Below are positions 41,355 to 50,543 of a stretch of DNA of 64,000 nt, one piece after another (within the stretch, counting starts at the first letter, position 1; the number at the start of each line of letters is the position of its first letter). The notes beneath the pieces are model-generated. The model did no database searches, had not been told where the DNA came from, and was given only the letters and a program-made list of their open reading frames with translations. This DNA is from Syntrophorhabdaceae bacterium. Its GTDB lineage: Bacteria > Desulfobacterota > Syntrophorhabdia > Syntrophorhabdales > Syntrophorhabdaceae. The stretch covers positions 4,800,001-4,864,000 of the forward strand of contig OY762209.1 in NCBI GenBank assembly GCA_963665295.1. Reading direction: 5' to 3'. Position numbers and translations under genes: made by a program.

Positions 41355-41417
41355 AAAATAAGGGGCCTCTCTGTCTGAAAGCGCATACCGGAACGCTTGT
41401 CCGGACAGAGAGGCCCC
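41355..41417 (-). terminator. Terminator downstream of glnA
   Basis: 14-bp stem ggggcctctctgtc/gacagagaggcccc followed by TTATTTT on the minus strand. Confidence 0.65.
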
Positions 41418-41464
41418 GGGGATGACGGAACCCGCCCCGAAGGGCGGCTTGTCCTACGTCGCTC

Positions 41465-43561
41465 TTAGAGCTTAAACAACAAATCCGTGTAGTTCGGCAC
41501 AGGCCACATATCCCTGGGAACTATGCCTTCTGCCGCGTCCACATCTACCCGCAGTGCCTGCATCACGGGAAACACTTTGTCGCGATACGCTTCAGCCTGT
41601 TTTACCACGTCGCTCGTGTCTTGCGCCTTTGACACCGCTCCCTCGAGCTTGGTGAGGGTTTTGTAGGCGGAAGTGAGCAGTGCATTCAGCTTTTTGAGCA
41701 GGTCCTGCTGGACCGAAACCGGGGCCGCCACGTTCTTGAAACTGGAAATGGAGTCCGCCAGGAAGGTTGCGTATTCGAGTCCTGCGGGTATGAACTGCTT
41801 TTTAGCCATATCGATGGCGGTGAGGGCCTCGATATTGATCTGTTTGGAATAGGCCTCCACGTACACGTCATAGCGGGAATGGAGTTCCTTGTGAGAAAAG
41901 ACCTCATATTTTTCAAAGAGTTTGAAGGCCTTGTCCGTAACAAAGGCTTTTAATGCGTCAACCGAGTTCCTTACATTGGGAAGACCGCGCTTTTCCGCTT
42001 CTACTACCCACTCGTCGGAATAGTTGTTCCCATTGAAGATAACACGGTTATGTTTCTTATAGATGTCCCTGATGATGGCCGCTGCTTCGGCGTTCTTGTC
42101 TTTCGCTTTTTCCAGGCGAGTGGCAATCTCGTCAAAGGCTTCCGCCGCGATGGTGTTCAGGGCCACGTTCGATCCCGCAACCGACTGCGCGGAGCCGACC
42201 ATTCTGAATTCGAACTTGTTGCCCGTAAAGGCGAAGGGAGAGGTCCTGTTGCGGTCCGTATTGTCCTTGGGAATAGGCGGCAGCGTATCTACGCCGACGT
42301 TTACGAATTGTGCGTCTTTCGTGGAGATCTTTTCGCCTTTCGCGATCTTCTCCAGGATTTCCGTCAACTCCTCGCCCATGAAGGCGGAGATGATGGCGGG
42401 AGGCGCTTCATTTGCGCCGAGACGGTGGTCATTCCCCGCCGTGGCACAGGTGGCGCGCAAGATATCGGAGTGCATGTCAACGGCCTTGAGCAATCCACTG
42501 ACCAATACGAGGAACTGCACATTTTCACCGGGGGTGGAACCGGGTTCCAACAGGTTGAAGCCGTCGTCCGTGGAGAGCGACCAGTTGTTGTGTTTGCCCG
42601 AACCGTTAATACCCGCGTAAGGCTTCTCGTGAAGCAGGCAAACCAGGTCGTGGCGCAGGGCAACTTTCTGCATGGTCTCCATCACGAGCTGATTGTGGTC
42701 GGTAGCGATATTGGTAGTGCCGAAAATGGGGGCCATCTCGTACTGGGCAGGCGCTACCTCGTTATGCTGGGTCTTGGAGGTAATGCCCATTTTCCACAGT
42801 TCCGTGTTAAGGTCGGTCATGTAATCGGAGACCCTGTCCTTGATGGCGCCGAAATATTGGTCCTCAAGTTCCTGGCCCTTGGGCGCGGGTGCGCCGAAGA
42901 TGGTCCGGCCCGTGAGCATGAGGTCGGTCCTGTCGAGATAGAACTTCTTGTCAACCAGAAAATATTCCTGCTCAGGACCTACGGTGGAGATCACCTTGGC
43001 GGAAGTACAATTGCCCAGAGCCCTGAGAACCCGCATCGTCTGCTTGGACACGGCCTTCATCGACCTCAGGAGGGGTGTCTTCTTGTCGAGAGCTTCCCCT
43101 TTGTAGGAGTAAAAAGCCGTGGGGATGGTAAGGGTCACGTTGCCGCTTTCATCGGTCTTCAAAAATGCGGGAGAGGTGCAGTCCCAGGCGGTGTACCCTC
43201 TTGCCTCGAAGGTAGCCCGAAGCCCGCCGCTTGGAAAGGAGGACGCGTCCGGCTCGCCCTGGATCAGTTGCTTGCCGGAAAACTCAAGGATCACGCTGCC
43301 GTCGGGAGCGGGAGATATGAATGAATCATGCTTCTCCGCCGTTGTCCCGGTCAGGGGCTGGAACCAGTGTGTGTAGTGGGTGGCGCCCTTCTCGATTGCC
43401 CAGTCCTTCATGGCGTTTGCCACCACATCCGCCACGTCGGGACGCAACGGGATGTCTTTGTCGATGGTTTCCTTCAGGGCCTTGTAAATCTGTTTGGGTA
43501 GCCGCTCTTTCATGGCCTTATCATTAAAAACGTTAGAACCGAAAACTTCTGTGAGCTCCAT
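41465..43561 (-). CDS. glnA: Glutamine synthetase type III
   Basis: [62 protein letters not shown]; start after GGAGG. Confidence 0.96.
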   Translation of the reverse strand: MELTEVFGSNVFNDKAMKERLPKQIYKALKETIDKDIPLRPDVADVVANAMKDWAIEKGATHYTHWFQPLTGTTAEKHDSFISPAPDGSVILEFSGKQLIQGEPDASSFPSGGLRATFEARGYTAWDCTSPAFLKTDESGNVTLTIPTAFYSYKGEALDKKTPLLRSMKAVSKQTMRVLRALGNCTSAKVISTVGPEQEYFLVDKKFYLDRTDLMLTGRTIFGAPAPKGQELEDQYFGAIKDRVSDYMTDLNTELWKMGITSKTQHNEVAPAQYEMAPIFGTTNIATDHNQLVMETMQKVALRHDLVCLLHEKPYAGINGSGKHNNWSLSTDDGFNLLEPGSTPGENVQFLVLVSGLLKAVDMHSDILRATCATAGNDHRLGANEAPPAIISAFMGEELTEILEKIAKGEKISTKDAQFVNVGVDTLPPIPKDNTDRNRTSPFAFTGNKFEFRMVGSAQSVAGSNVALNTIAAEAFDEIATRLEKAKDKNAEAAAIIRDIYKKHNRVIFNGNNYSDEWVVEAEKRGLPNVRNSVDALKAFVTDKAFKLFEKYEVFSHKELHSRYDVYVEAYSKQINIEALTAIDMAKKQFIPAGLEYATFLADSISSFKNVAAPVSVQQDLLKKLNALLTSAYKTLTKLEGAVSKAQDTSDVVKQAEAYRDKVFPVMQALRVDVDAAEGIVPRDMWPVPNYTDLLFKL

Positions 43562-43729
43562 AGTGTCCTCCATTGCTATAATATATATCCTTAAAATCCC
43601 GGTCCTCGGCGCCGATACGCGTGTCGGGCCGGAATATTAATTCTAACAGGCCTCTGCCACATCTTACTGCGGCAGCGGATAGCCCCGTGAGACAATCCAT
43701 CAAAGGGTACCCTGTCGGAAAAGTATGTT

Positions 43730-43857
43730 TCTAGTCGAAAGACGTTGACCGTTTTGAACAGCGTTGTTCCTGATGGTTGAACAACCCTCTGCGATCACTG
43801 AGGGTCATATCCCGCCCGCACCACATTGTACGAACCTGCCAATACATTACTACAAGT
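43730..43857 (-). promoter_or_regulatory. Structured leader/promoter copy A (glnA)
   Basis: Aligns by eye with 45840-45953; contains CGTAC-AATGTG-GTGCG and GAAC-AACGCT-GTTC hexaloop hairpins. Confidence 0.65.
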
Positions 43858-43946
43858 AGAAAAATGATGCAAGACGTTAACCCATTAAAAACAGTGACTA
43901 GTTGATAAAACAAACGGTCGTCTTTCCGGGGCCCTCAGCCGCCTTC

Positions 43947-44288
43947 TCAGCCGATCGCTCCCACTCCCCGTTCCTCCGTGCGGATTCGGATGCATTCGGC
44001 AAGTTCAAGAACAAATATCTTCCCGTCTCCCACTTCTCCTGTCTGGGCGCCTTTCACGATCGCCTTGATGGTGGGCTCCACAAAATTCTCATTCACCGCG
44101 ATCTCGAGTCGCACCTTGCGGAGCAGGTTCCCCATCTCTCGCGCGCCCCTGTAAACCTCGGTGACCCCCATCTGCCTGCCGTGGCCCAGGACCTCGTTCA
44201 CAGTGAGGAGGTTCACGTCCGCCTTGTAGAGCTCCTGTTTCACGGCTTCAAGCCTGTCCGGTTTTATGATTGCGATTATCAGTTTCAT
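43947..44288 (-). CDS. glnK: P-II nitrogen regulator
   Basis: GHGRQ, YRG, GEVGDGKIFV, IRIRTEE; immediately downstream of amt. Confidence 0.95.
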   Translation of the reverse strand: MKLIIAIIKPDRLEAVKQELYKADVNLLTVNEVLGHGRQMGVTEVYRGAREMGNLLRKVRLEIAVNENFVEPTIKAIVKGAQTGEVGDGKIFVLELAECIRIRTEERGVGAIG

Positions 44289-44298
44289 GGTTGCCCCC

Positions 44299-45657
44299 CT
44301 ATTCTATAACAGTATAAGCATTTTCGTGATGCTGAGTGAGGTCGAGACCTATAATCTCATCCCGCTCAACGACCCTGACCTTGAGAATAAGATCAACGAT
44401 CTTGTAGATAATATAGCTGCCTACCAGACTGTATGCCATAATGACCACGACGGCAATCAACTGAATGAGGAACTGTTTGGGGTTTCCGTAGAAAAGACCG
44501 TCCGCTCCCGCCGGGTTTACCGCCTTCGACGCGAAAAGTCCCACCGCGAGGGTCCCCAGGATGCCTCCCACTCCATGGACGCCAAAGGCGTCGAGGGAAT
44601 CATCGTACCCGAGTTTCGGTTTCACTATGGCCACGGAGATATAGCATATCACACTCGCCGCAAAGCCGATGATCGCGGCGGAAAGGACCGTGACAAATCC
44701 GGACGCAGGCGTAATGGTCGCCAGTCCCGCTATGGACCCTGTGATCGTGCCGAAGAGGGTCGGTTTTTCGTTGAATATCCACTCGAGAGCCGCCCAGGTC
44801 ATGGCGGCGATCGCGGCGGCCGTGTGGGTCACCACGAGGGTGTGAACCGCAAGGCCGTTGGCCCCCAGGGCGCTGCCTGCGTTAAACCCGTACCACCCGA
44901 ACCATAAAAGGGCCGTACCCAGCACGGTAAAGGGAATATTGTGGGGAGAGACCGGTTTGTTGTCATAACCCGTCCTTTTTCCGATCACAAGGGCAGTGAC
45001 GAGGGCCGCCATACCCGCATTGATATGGACCACCGTGCCGCCCGCGAAATCAAGGACACCCATATCGCGAAGCCATCCCCCTACGCCCCATACCCAGTGA
45101 CACACGGGGTCATACACAAAGGTTGCCCAGAGCACGGTAAACAGAAGAAAGGCCGAAAACTTCATCCTCTCCGCAAAGGCGCCGATAATGAGGGCCGGGG
45201 TAATGATGGCGAACATGGCCTGAAAGATCATGAATGCCTCATGGGGAATCGTCGCCGCGTAATCCTTGAAAGGCAGAGAGCCCACGCCGTCAAGGCCGAG
45301 CCACGCAAATCCTCCCCAGAACCCCTTTGCGGGCGCAAATGAAAGGCTGTACCCGAAGAGAATCCACTGAGCCGTAATTACGCCGAGCACGATAAAACAT
45401 TGCATCAACACGCCAAGTACATTCTTGCGCCTTACCATGCCCCCATAGAAGAAAGCAAGTCCGGGGGTCATAAACATGACCAGGGCTATGGACACAAGCA
45501 TCCATGCCGTATCCCCCGTATCCACCGGTGATTTGGCCTGCGCACCGGTTTGCGCCACCCCCTGAACGGCCGCGGGAAGACCCGGATCCTCCGCAAAGCA
45601 AATCCCTGCGACCACCAGACCCAACAACAGCACTGCAACAACCGCATACTTCTTCAC
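44299..45657 (-). CDS. amtB: Ammonium transporter (copy 2)
   Basis: MTPGLAFFYGG, AERMKF, DFAGGTVVH, GFNAGS, DDSLDAFGVHG. Confidence 0.96.
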   Translation of the reverse strand: MKKYAVVAVLLLGLVVAGICFAEDPGLPAAVQGVAQTGAQAKSPVDTGDTAWMLVSIALVMFMTPGLAFFYGGMVRRKNVLGVLMQCFIVLGVITAQWILFGYSLSFAPAKGFWGGFAWLGLDGVGSLPFKDYAATIPHEAFMIFQAMFAIITPALIIGAFAERMKFSAFLLFTVLWATFVYDPVCHWVWGVGGWLRDMGVLDFAGGTVVHINAGMAALVTALVIGKRTGYDNKPVSPHNIPFTVLGTALLWFGWYGFNAGSALGANGLAVHTLVVTHTAAAIAAMTWAALEWIFNEKPTLFGTITGSIAGLATITPASGFVTVLSAAIIGFAASVICYISVAIVKPKLGYDDSLDAFGVHGVGGILGTLAVGLFASKAVNPAGADGLFYGNPKQFLIQLIAVVVIMAYSLVGSYIIYKIVDLILKVRVVERDEIIGLDLTQHHENAYTVIE

Positions 45658-45839
45658 TATGCACCTCCGTTTTTTTCGTGGAGCGCAAAGGTGTCTTGTC
45701 TTACCGGCCGTGGCATGACTTCCGTTTCGTCACAGTCTCTTAAAAGGATTTCCTCGAAGAATTCCAGGACCTGAGCACAGGACCCGGCCTGACTGACTGA
45801 CGGTTCACCCTCGTCTCTTTCGGGCCGAACATTCAGCCC

Positions 45840-45975
45840 TCCAGTCTCTAGGCTTTGACTGATTTGAACTGCGCTGTTGAATTCCCCTCGGGTCGGTGAG
45901 GGAGTGGTGTCGTCTGCACGCCTGTGTGCAAACCTTCTGTACCCTACGAGTAAACTTTTCCTTCTTTTGGTAACC
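45840..45975 (-). promoter_or_regulatory. Structured leader/promoter copy B (amtB2)
   Basis: TGCAC-ACAGGC-GTGCA, CCCTC..GAGGG, AAC-AGCGCA-GTT, CAGTC-N10-GACTG; upstream GGTTACCAAAA-N9-GTTTACTCGTA. Confidence 0.65.
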
Positions 45976-46125
45976 ATGGTACGGCAAAATATTCTGCGAA
46001 CAAGAATAACGGCGAGGACAAGGGGTGAAGTACCACTGACGAAAACTTATTAAACGTATATCGGGTGAAGGAGGGGCGCAGGGGGGACCGGCGTGAAGAC
46101 CGGTGAAGGACGGTAAGACAAATGA

Positions 46126-46213
46126 GTATACAGACAGCCGCGAGCCGAGGGCGAGGCGTCCCTTGAGGCGCATCCCCGTATCTCCCATCCGCGGCTCGCG
46201 GCTGTCTGTATAC
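46126..46213. repeat. Perfect 22-bp inverted repeat with a 44-bp spacer
   Basis: gtatacagacagccgcgagccg ... cggctcgcggctgtctgtatac. Confidence 0.9.
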
Positions 46214-46221
46214 CTTGTTTC

Positions 46222-46563
46222 TCAGCCTATGGCAGTGGTGCCCCGTTCCTCCGTTCGTATGCGAATGCATTCTCCAAGTTCAAGGACAAATATCTTCCCG
46301 TCCCCCACCGCGCCGGTCTGGGCCCCCTTCAGGATCGCCTTGACGGTAGGTTCCGCGAAATTATCGTTCACTGCAATCTCGAGCCGCACCTTGCGAAGCA
46401 AATTCCCCATTTCCCTGGCGCCCCTGTAGACCTCAGTGACACCCATCTGTCTGCCGTGGCCGAGGACCTCGTTTACAGTGAGGAGATTCACGTCTGCCTT
46501 GTAGAGCTCCTGTTTCACCGCTTCAAGTCTGTCCGGTTTAATTATGGCGATAATCAGTTTCAT
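46222..46563 (-). CDS. glnK: P-II nitrogen regulator
   Basis: Same motifs as the copy at 43947; the N-terminal ~66 aa are identical. Confidence 0.95.
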   Translation of the reverse strand: MKLIIAIIKPDRLEAVKQELYKADVNLLTVNEVLGHGRQMGVTEVYRGAREMGNLLRKVRLEIAVNDNFAEPTVKAILKGAQTGAVGDGKIFVLELGECIRIRTEERGTTAIG

Positions 46564-46574
46564 ATCCTCCCCTC

Positions 46575-47957
46575 CTATTCTATGACGGTATAGGCGTTTT
46601 CGTGGTGCTGGCTGAGGTCGAGACCGAGGGTCTCGTCCCTCTCGGGCACGCGCACCTTCATGACAAGGTCAACCACCTTGTAAATGATGTAGCTCACCAC
46701 GAAGCTGTACGCCACTGTTACCAGCACGGCAACCAACTGTATTACAAACTGTTTCGGGTTCCCGAAGAAGAGGCCGTTTGCACCGTCCGGGTTTATCGCT
46801 TTGGAAGCAAAGAGACCTGTGGCAAGGGCACCCCATATTCCGCCCACGCAGTGGACGCCGAACACATCAAGGGCATCGTCGTACCCGAATTTGGGTTTTA
46901 TCCACGAGACAGCTATGAAGCAGAAGACGCTCACGCACACCCCGATCGCGATGGCAGAGAGGGCGCTCACGTACCCCGCCGCGGGGGTAATCGCCACGAG
47001 TCCCGCAACGGCCCCTGTCGCGGTGCCGAGCATGGTGGGTTTATCGTTGAACATCCAGTCTATAAGAGCCCATGTCAAGCCTGCGGCAGCGGCGGCCGTG
47101 TTGGTCACCACAAAAGCGTTTACCGACAGGCCGTTCGCGGCGAGAGCGCTCCCTGCGTTGAACCCGAACCACCCGAACCAGAGAAGGGCAGTGCCCAGCA
47201 CGGTAAAGGGGAGGTTGTGAGGCAGTATGGCTTTGTGGTTGGAACCGCCGTTCCGCTTCCTGATCACCACGGCAGTCATGAGGGCCGCAATACCCGCATT
47301 GATATGGACTACAGTTCCCCCTGCAAAGTCGAGGGCGCCCATCTCGCGCAGCCATCCTCCCACTCCCCAGACCCAATGGCAGACGGGGTCGTACACGAAG
47401 GTCGCCCAGAGAATCATAATCACCACAAAGGCCGAGAACTTCATTCTCTCTGCAAAGGCACCGATGATAAGCGCCGGGGTGATGACGGCGAACATGGCCT
47501 GGAAGATCATGAAGGCCTGGTGAGGGATCGTGGCCGCATAGTCCTTGAAGGGTTCAAGTCCTACCCCGCTCAAGCCTATCCAGTCGAATCCGCCCCAGAA
47601 CCCCTTTGCAGGTCCGAATGCAAGGCTGTAACCGTAAAGCACCCACTGCACGCTGATGATGCAGAGCAGGGTGAAGCATTGCATGAGAACCCCGAGAACG
47701 TTCTTACGACCCACCATTCCCCCATAGAAGAAGGCCAGCCCGGGAGTCATAAGCATGACCAGCGCTGTCGAGATAAGGACCCACGCCGTGTCGCCGGGGT
47801 CTACCTTGGGCGCTGCCTGAGCGGGCGCCGCCGGCTGCGTGGCGGGTGCCGTCTGTGACGCCGCCGGGGCCGGGACCACCTTCGGTTCTTCCGCATATGC
47901 AACCCCAATCAACCCGATGAACAAAAGAACCAAAAGAAGAGCAGTAAGTCGTTTCAT
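46575..47957 (-). CDS. amtB: Ammonium transporter (copy 1)
   Basis: MTPGLAFFYGG, DFAGGTVVH, WFGFNAGS, DDALDVFGVH. Confidence 0.96.
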   Translation of the reverse strand: MKRLTALLLVLLFIGLIGVAYAEEPKVVPAPAASQTAPATQPAAPAQAAPKVDPGDTAWVLISTALVMLMTPGLAFFYGGMVGRKNVLGVLMQCFTLLCIISVQWVLYGYSLAFGPAKGFWGGFDWIGLSGVGLEPFKDYAATIPHQAFMIFQAMFAVITPALIIGAFAERMKFSAFVVIMILWATFVYDPVCHWVWGVGGWLREMGALDFAGGTVVHINAGIAALMTAVVIRKRNGGSNHKAILPHNLPFTVLGTALLWFGWFGFNAGSALAANGLSVNAFVVTNTAAAAAGLTWALIDWMFNDKPTMLGTATGAVAGLVAITPAAGYVSALSAIAIGVCVSVFCFIAVSWIKPKFGYDDALDVFGVHCVGGIWGALATGLFASKAINPDGANGLFFGNPKQFVIQLVAVLVTVAYSFVVSYIIYKVVDLVMKVRVPERDETLGLDLSQHHENAYTVIE

Positions 47958-47975
47958 TTAATACCTCCTGTTTTA

Positions 47976-48103
47976 AAATAAAAAGGAGGCGTCTTTAATC
48001 CATCTTTGGATAGAGACGCCTCCGTCTTAAAAACAAAATAAAAAACGCTCCAGGCACCCTACCGGGGTACCGGAACGCCGTTGTCAACCGCACATCAGTG
48101 TGC
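47976..48103 (-). promoter_or_regulatory. ANTAR-type leader with two tandem terminators
   Basis: GCAC-ACTGAT-GTGC and GAC-AACGGC-GTT, the latter overlapping terminator 1; AGAC-GGAGGC-GTCT overlapping terminator 2 (GGAGGCGTCT...AGACGCCTCC-TTTTTATTTT). Confidence 0.85.
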
Positions 48104-48265
48104 CCTTTTGCTTCCTTACATAGGTACAAGTAAACCGTCCACTATTTTGGTAACCTCCGGCCCCGATTCGAACAAAACACTTAAGAATTAGGGTTTCGAA
48201 CCGATAAAAACATAACGGGAATAATTCTCATAAAGAACTTCAAAGCCGGGGAAACAACAACTGCG

Positions 48266-48514
48266 ATGGAAACTGAGGATCGGCGTATTTTATTCATGTT
48301 CGGCAATGATAATATAATACTTGAAATGTCTCTCGACTCCTATGAGCCCGGGGATATCAAGGATACAAAGGAGCGGCTCGCCCAGCAGATGCAGTGCGCG
48401 CCGGCGGACATCGCCATAAGGATAACAGGCGTCAAAGGCGGCAGAGCCAATAAAGGATCCTCACTCCATTTTTCACTTATCGATTTCAATACCATAAAAA
48501 ACGTAATCAAGTAG
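48266..48514 (+). CDS. Hypothetical protein
   Basis: 82-aa ORF divergent from amtB1; no family recognised. Confidence 0.55.
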   Translation: METEDRRILFMFGNDNIILEMSLDSYEPGDIKDTKERLAQQMQCAPADIAIRITGVKGGRANKGSSLHFSLIDFNTIKNVIK

Positions 48515-48651
48515 CTCTCCCGGAAGGCATTCCCGAAACGCCGCAGACATCAGGCGAAGGCCGGGCGACACTGAGGGCGGCCCTGTCCCGACGGGCGTCA
48601 AAGGCCCGTGTAATCATTGACAACGCCCCCCTCTTCTGTTAATGATCTTGT

Positions 48652-49680
48652 ATGGTTGACAAATTGGCATTTTCAGGGGACCTGGCGACGACTGCCATGG
48701 GTATCATGCCCCATGAAAATGTGGATGAAGCTTTGGAGCTGGCCTTTACCATGGACATCCCGTTCTGGCCTCAGCTTCCGAGACTCTCCTTTTATGAAGA
48801 CATGTATGCCCAGGCTATGGCCGGATTTCCCGGTGTCGTGACGGACGCGGCGAAAGGGAGAATTTCTGTCGATACGGACGGCTTCTTCAATGAAATACCG
48901 GAATACCTCGAAAAAGAAGAGGACCCGGATTATTTCAGGCTCACCGGGGAGTATTCCCATACGTACCGGCGCTTTCTCTCGAAGGACCTCTCCTCCTGCC
49001 GCTCGGTGAGAGGACAGGTGATAAGCCCCGTAAGCCTTGCGTTGAAAATCACGGACGAAAGAGGCATACCTATAGTATACAACGACGAAATGCGCGCCGT
49101 CGCGTTCACCTTCATCCGGAACAAGGTAAACGCCCAGTACGAAGAACTGCGGGAAAAGAACGGGCGGGCCTTCGTCTGGGTAGACGACCCCGGCATCGAG
49201 TTTATCTTCAGTGCCATGTGCGGGTACGACAATATGAAGGCGAAAGAGGAACTGACCGCATTTTTTGACGGCGTGGAGGGTCCCCGGGGGCTCCACCTCT
49301 GCGGGCGGCCGGACTGGGACTTTCTGCTCTCTCTGAATATCGAGATACTCTCATTCAACGCCTATGCCTTCGGAGACATGTTCGTCACCTACGACCGTGT
49401 AAGAGATTTTCTGGAGCGGGGCAATATCATAAGCTGGGGTATAGTGCCCACCTATTATGAAGAATTTTCCCGGGAGGACGTGGAAGGCCTCGGAAGGAGA
49501 CTCACTGCAATGTGGGGCGTCCTGGAAGAGAAAGGGGTGACAAGGGAAATCATAGCCCGTCAGGCCATCCTCGCGCCGGCCACGTGCAACTTGCTCAACC
49601 CCGACAGGACCTCAACGGTGGAGAGTGCTTTCAAACTCCTCAATGAGCTGTCACTTCACCTGAAAGAGAGATATATATGA
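48652..49680 (+). CDS. Core (single-barrel) methionine synthase-like protein, MesB type
   Basis: TAMGIMPH..DIPFWPQLP..SFYEDMYAQ..GFPG, DDPG, HLCG and PATC (MetE-type Zn ligands H-x-C...C); 342 aa. Confidence 0.65.
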   Translation: MVDKLAFSGDLATTAMGIMPHENVDEALELAFTMDIPFWPQLPRLSFYEDMYAQAMAGFPGVVTDAAKGRISVDTDGFFNEIPEYLEKEEDPDYFRLTGEYSHTYRRFLSKDLSSCRSVRGQVISPVSLALKITDERGIPIVYNDEMRAVAFTFIRNKVNAQYEELREKNGRAFVWVDDPGIEFIFSAMCGYDNMKAKEELTAFFDGVEGPRGLHLCGRPDWDFLLSLNIEILSFNAYAFGDMFVTYDRVRDFLERGNIISWGIVPTYYEEFSREDVEGLGRRLTAMWGVLEEKGVTREIIARQAILAPATCNLLNPDRTSTVESAFKLLNELSLHLKERYI

Positions 49681-50540
49681 CGAAGAAGAAGAACACGATT
49701 CACATTGTCTGTAAAAGAAGAAGCGAGGAAGCCATAAAGGTGGCTTCAGGGATCATCGGCACATTCGGGCGGGAAAACGACATCTTTCTCGACGAGGAAT
49801 CAGCGAGGGCCATCGGCTATGAAAAACACTTCGAGAGAGAGCAGGTTGGCGATGGGGCGACCTTCATCATCGTGCTCGGGGGAGATGGCACTTTGCTCAG
49901 CGTGTCAAGGAACCTCAAGGGCAAGAATGTGCCCATTCTCGGGGTAAATCTCGGGGGACTCGGGTTTCTCACGGAGATATCCCTTGAAGAGCTACCCTTC
50001 ATGATAGAACGGGTTTCCAAAGGACAGTTCAAGATCTCGCGGAGGGTAATGCTCGACGTAAGCGTGCGGAGGGATGGGAACGAAGTATTCGAGTTCTCCA
50101 TATTGAACGATGCGGTCATCACCAAAGACGCCCTCGCGAGGATCATCGATATCGAGACTTACGTGGACGGTGAATATCTCACCACGTACAAGGCGGACGG
50201 CCTCATACTCTCCACGCCCACCGGTTCCACCGGTTACTCCCTTTCAGCGAGCGGACCCATCCTCTACCCGTCGCTCGAAAACATCGTCATCACTCCCATT
50301 TCGCCCCACATGCTCACAAACAGGCCCATTATCCTGTCTAAAGACGTGGTGATCAGGGCTACCCTCAAGTCAAAGGACGAGAGGGTTGTGCTCACCCTCG
50401 ACGGGCAGATCGGGTTCCCCCTCGAATACGGGGATGATGTAATAGCAAAGGAGTCCAGGCATTCGGTGAGGCTCATCAAATCCTCGTCAAAGGGCTACTT
50501 CGAAATCTTGAGAACAAAGCTGAAGTGGGGTGAAAGGTAA
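49677..50540 (+). CDS. nadK: NAD kinase
   Basis: GGDGTLL, GVNLGGLGFL, LND, TPTGSTGYSLSA. Confidence 0.95.
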   Translation: MTKKKNTIHIVCKRRSEEAIKVASGIIGTFGRENDIFLDEESARAIGYEKHFEREQVGDGATFIIVLGGDGTLLSVSRNLKGKNVPILGVNLGGLGFLTEISLEELPFMIERVSKGQFKISRRVMLDVSVRRDGNEVFEFSILNDAVITKDALARIIDIETYVDGEYLTTYKADGLILSTPTGSTGYSLSASGPILYPSLENIVITPISPHMLTNRPIILSKDVVIRATLKSKDERVVLTLDGQIGFPLEYGDDVIAKESRHSVRLIKSSSKGYFEILRTKLKWGER

Positions 50541-50543
50541 CCG

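Noticed and set aside
43827..43842. TTGGCA as a sigma54 -24 element for glnA
   Set aside because: The -12 position reads CA, not GC.
45718..45725. ACGGAAGT resembling the glutamine (glnA) riboswitch core
   Set aside because: I could not build the flanking CGUU..AACG P1 stem or the E-loop arrangement.
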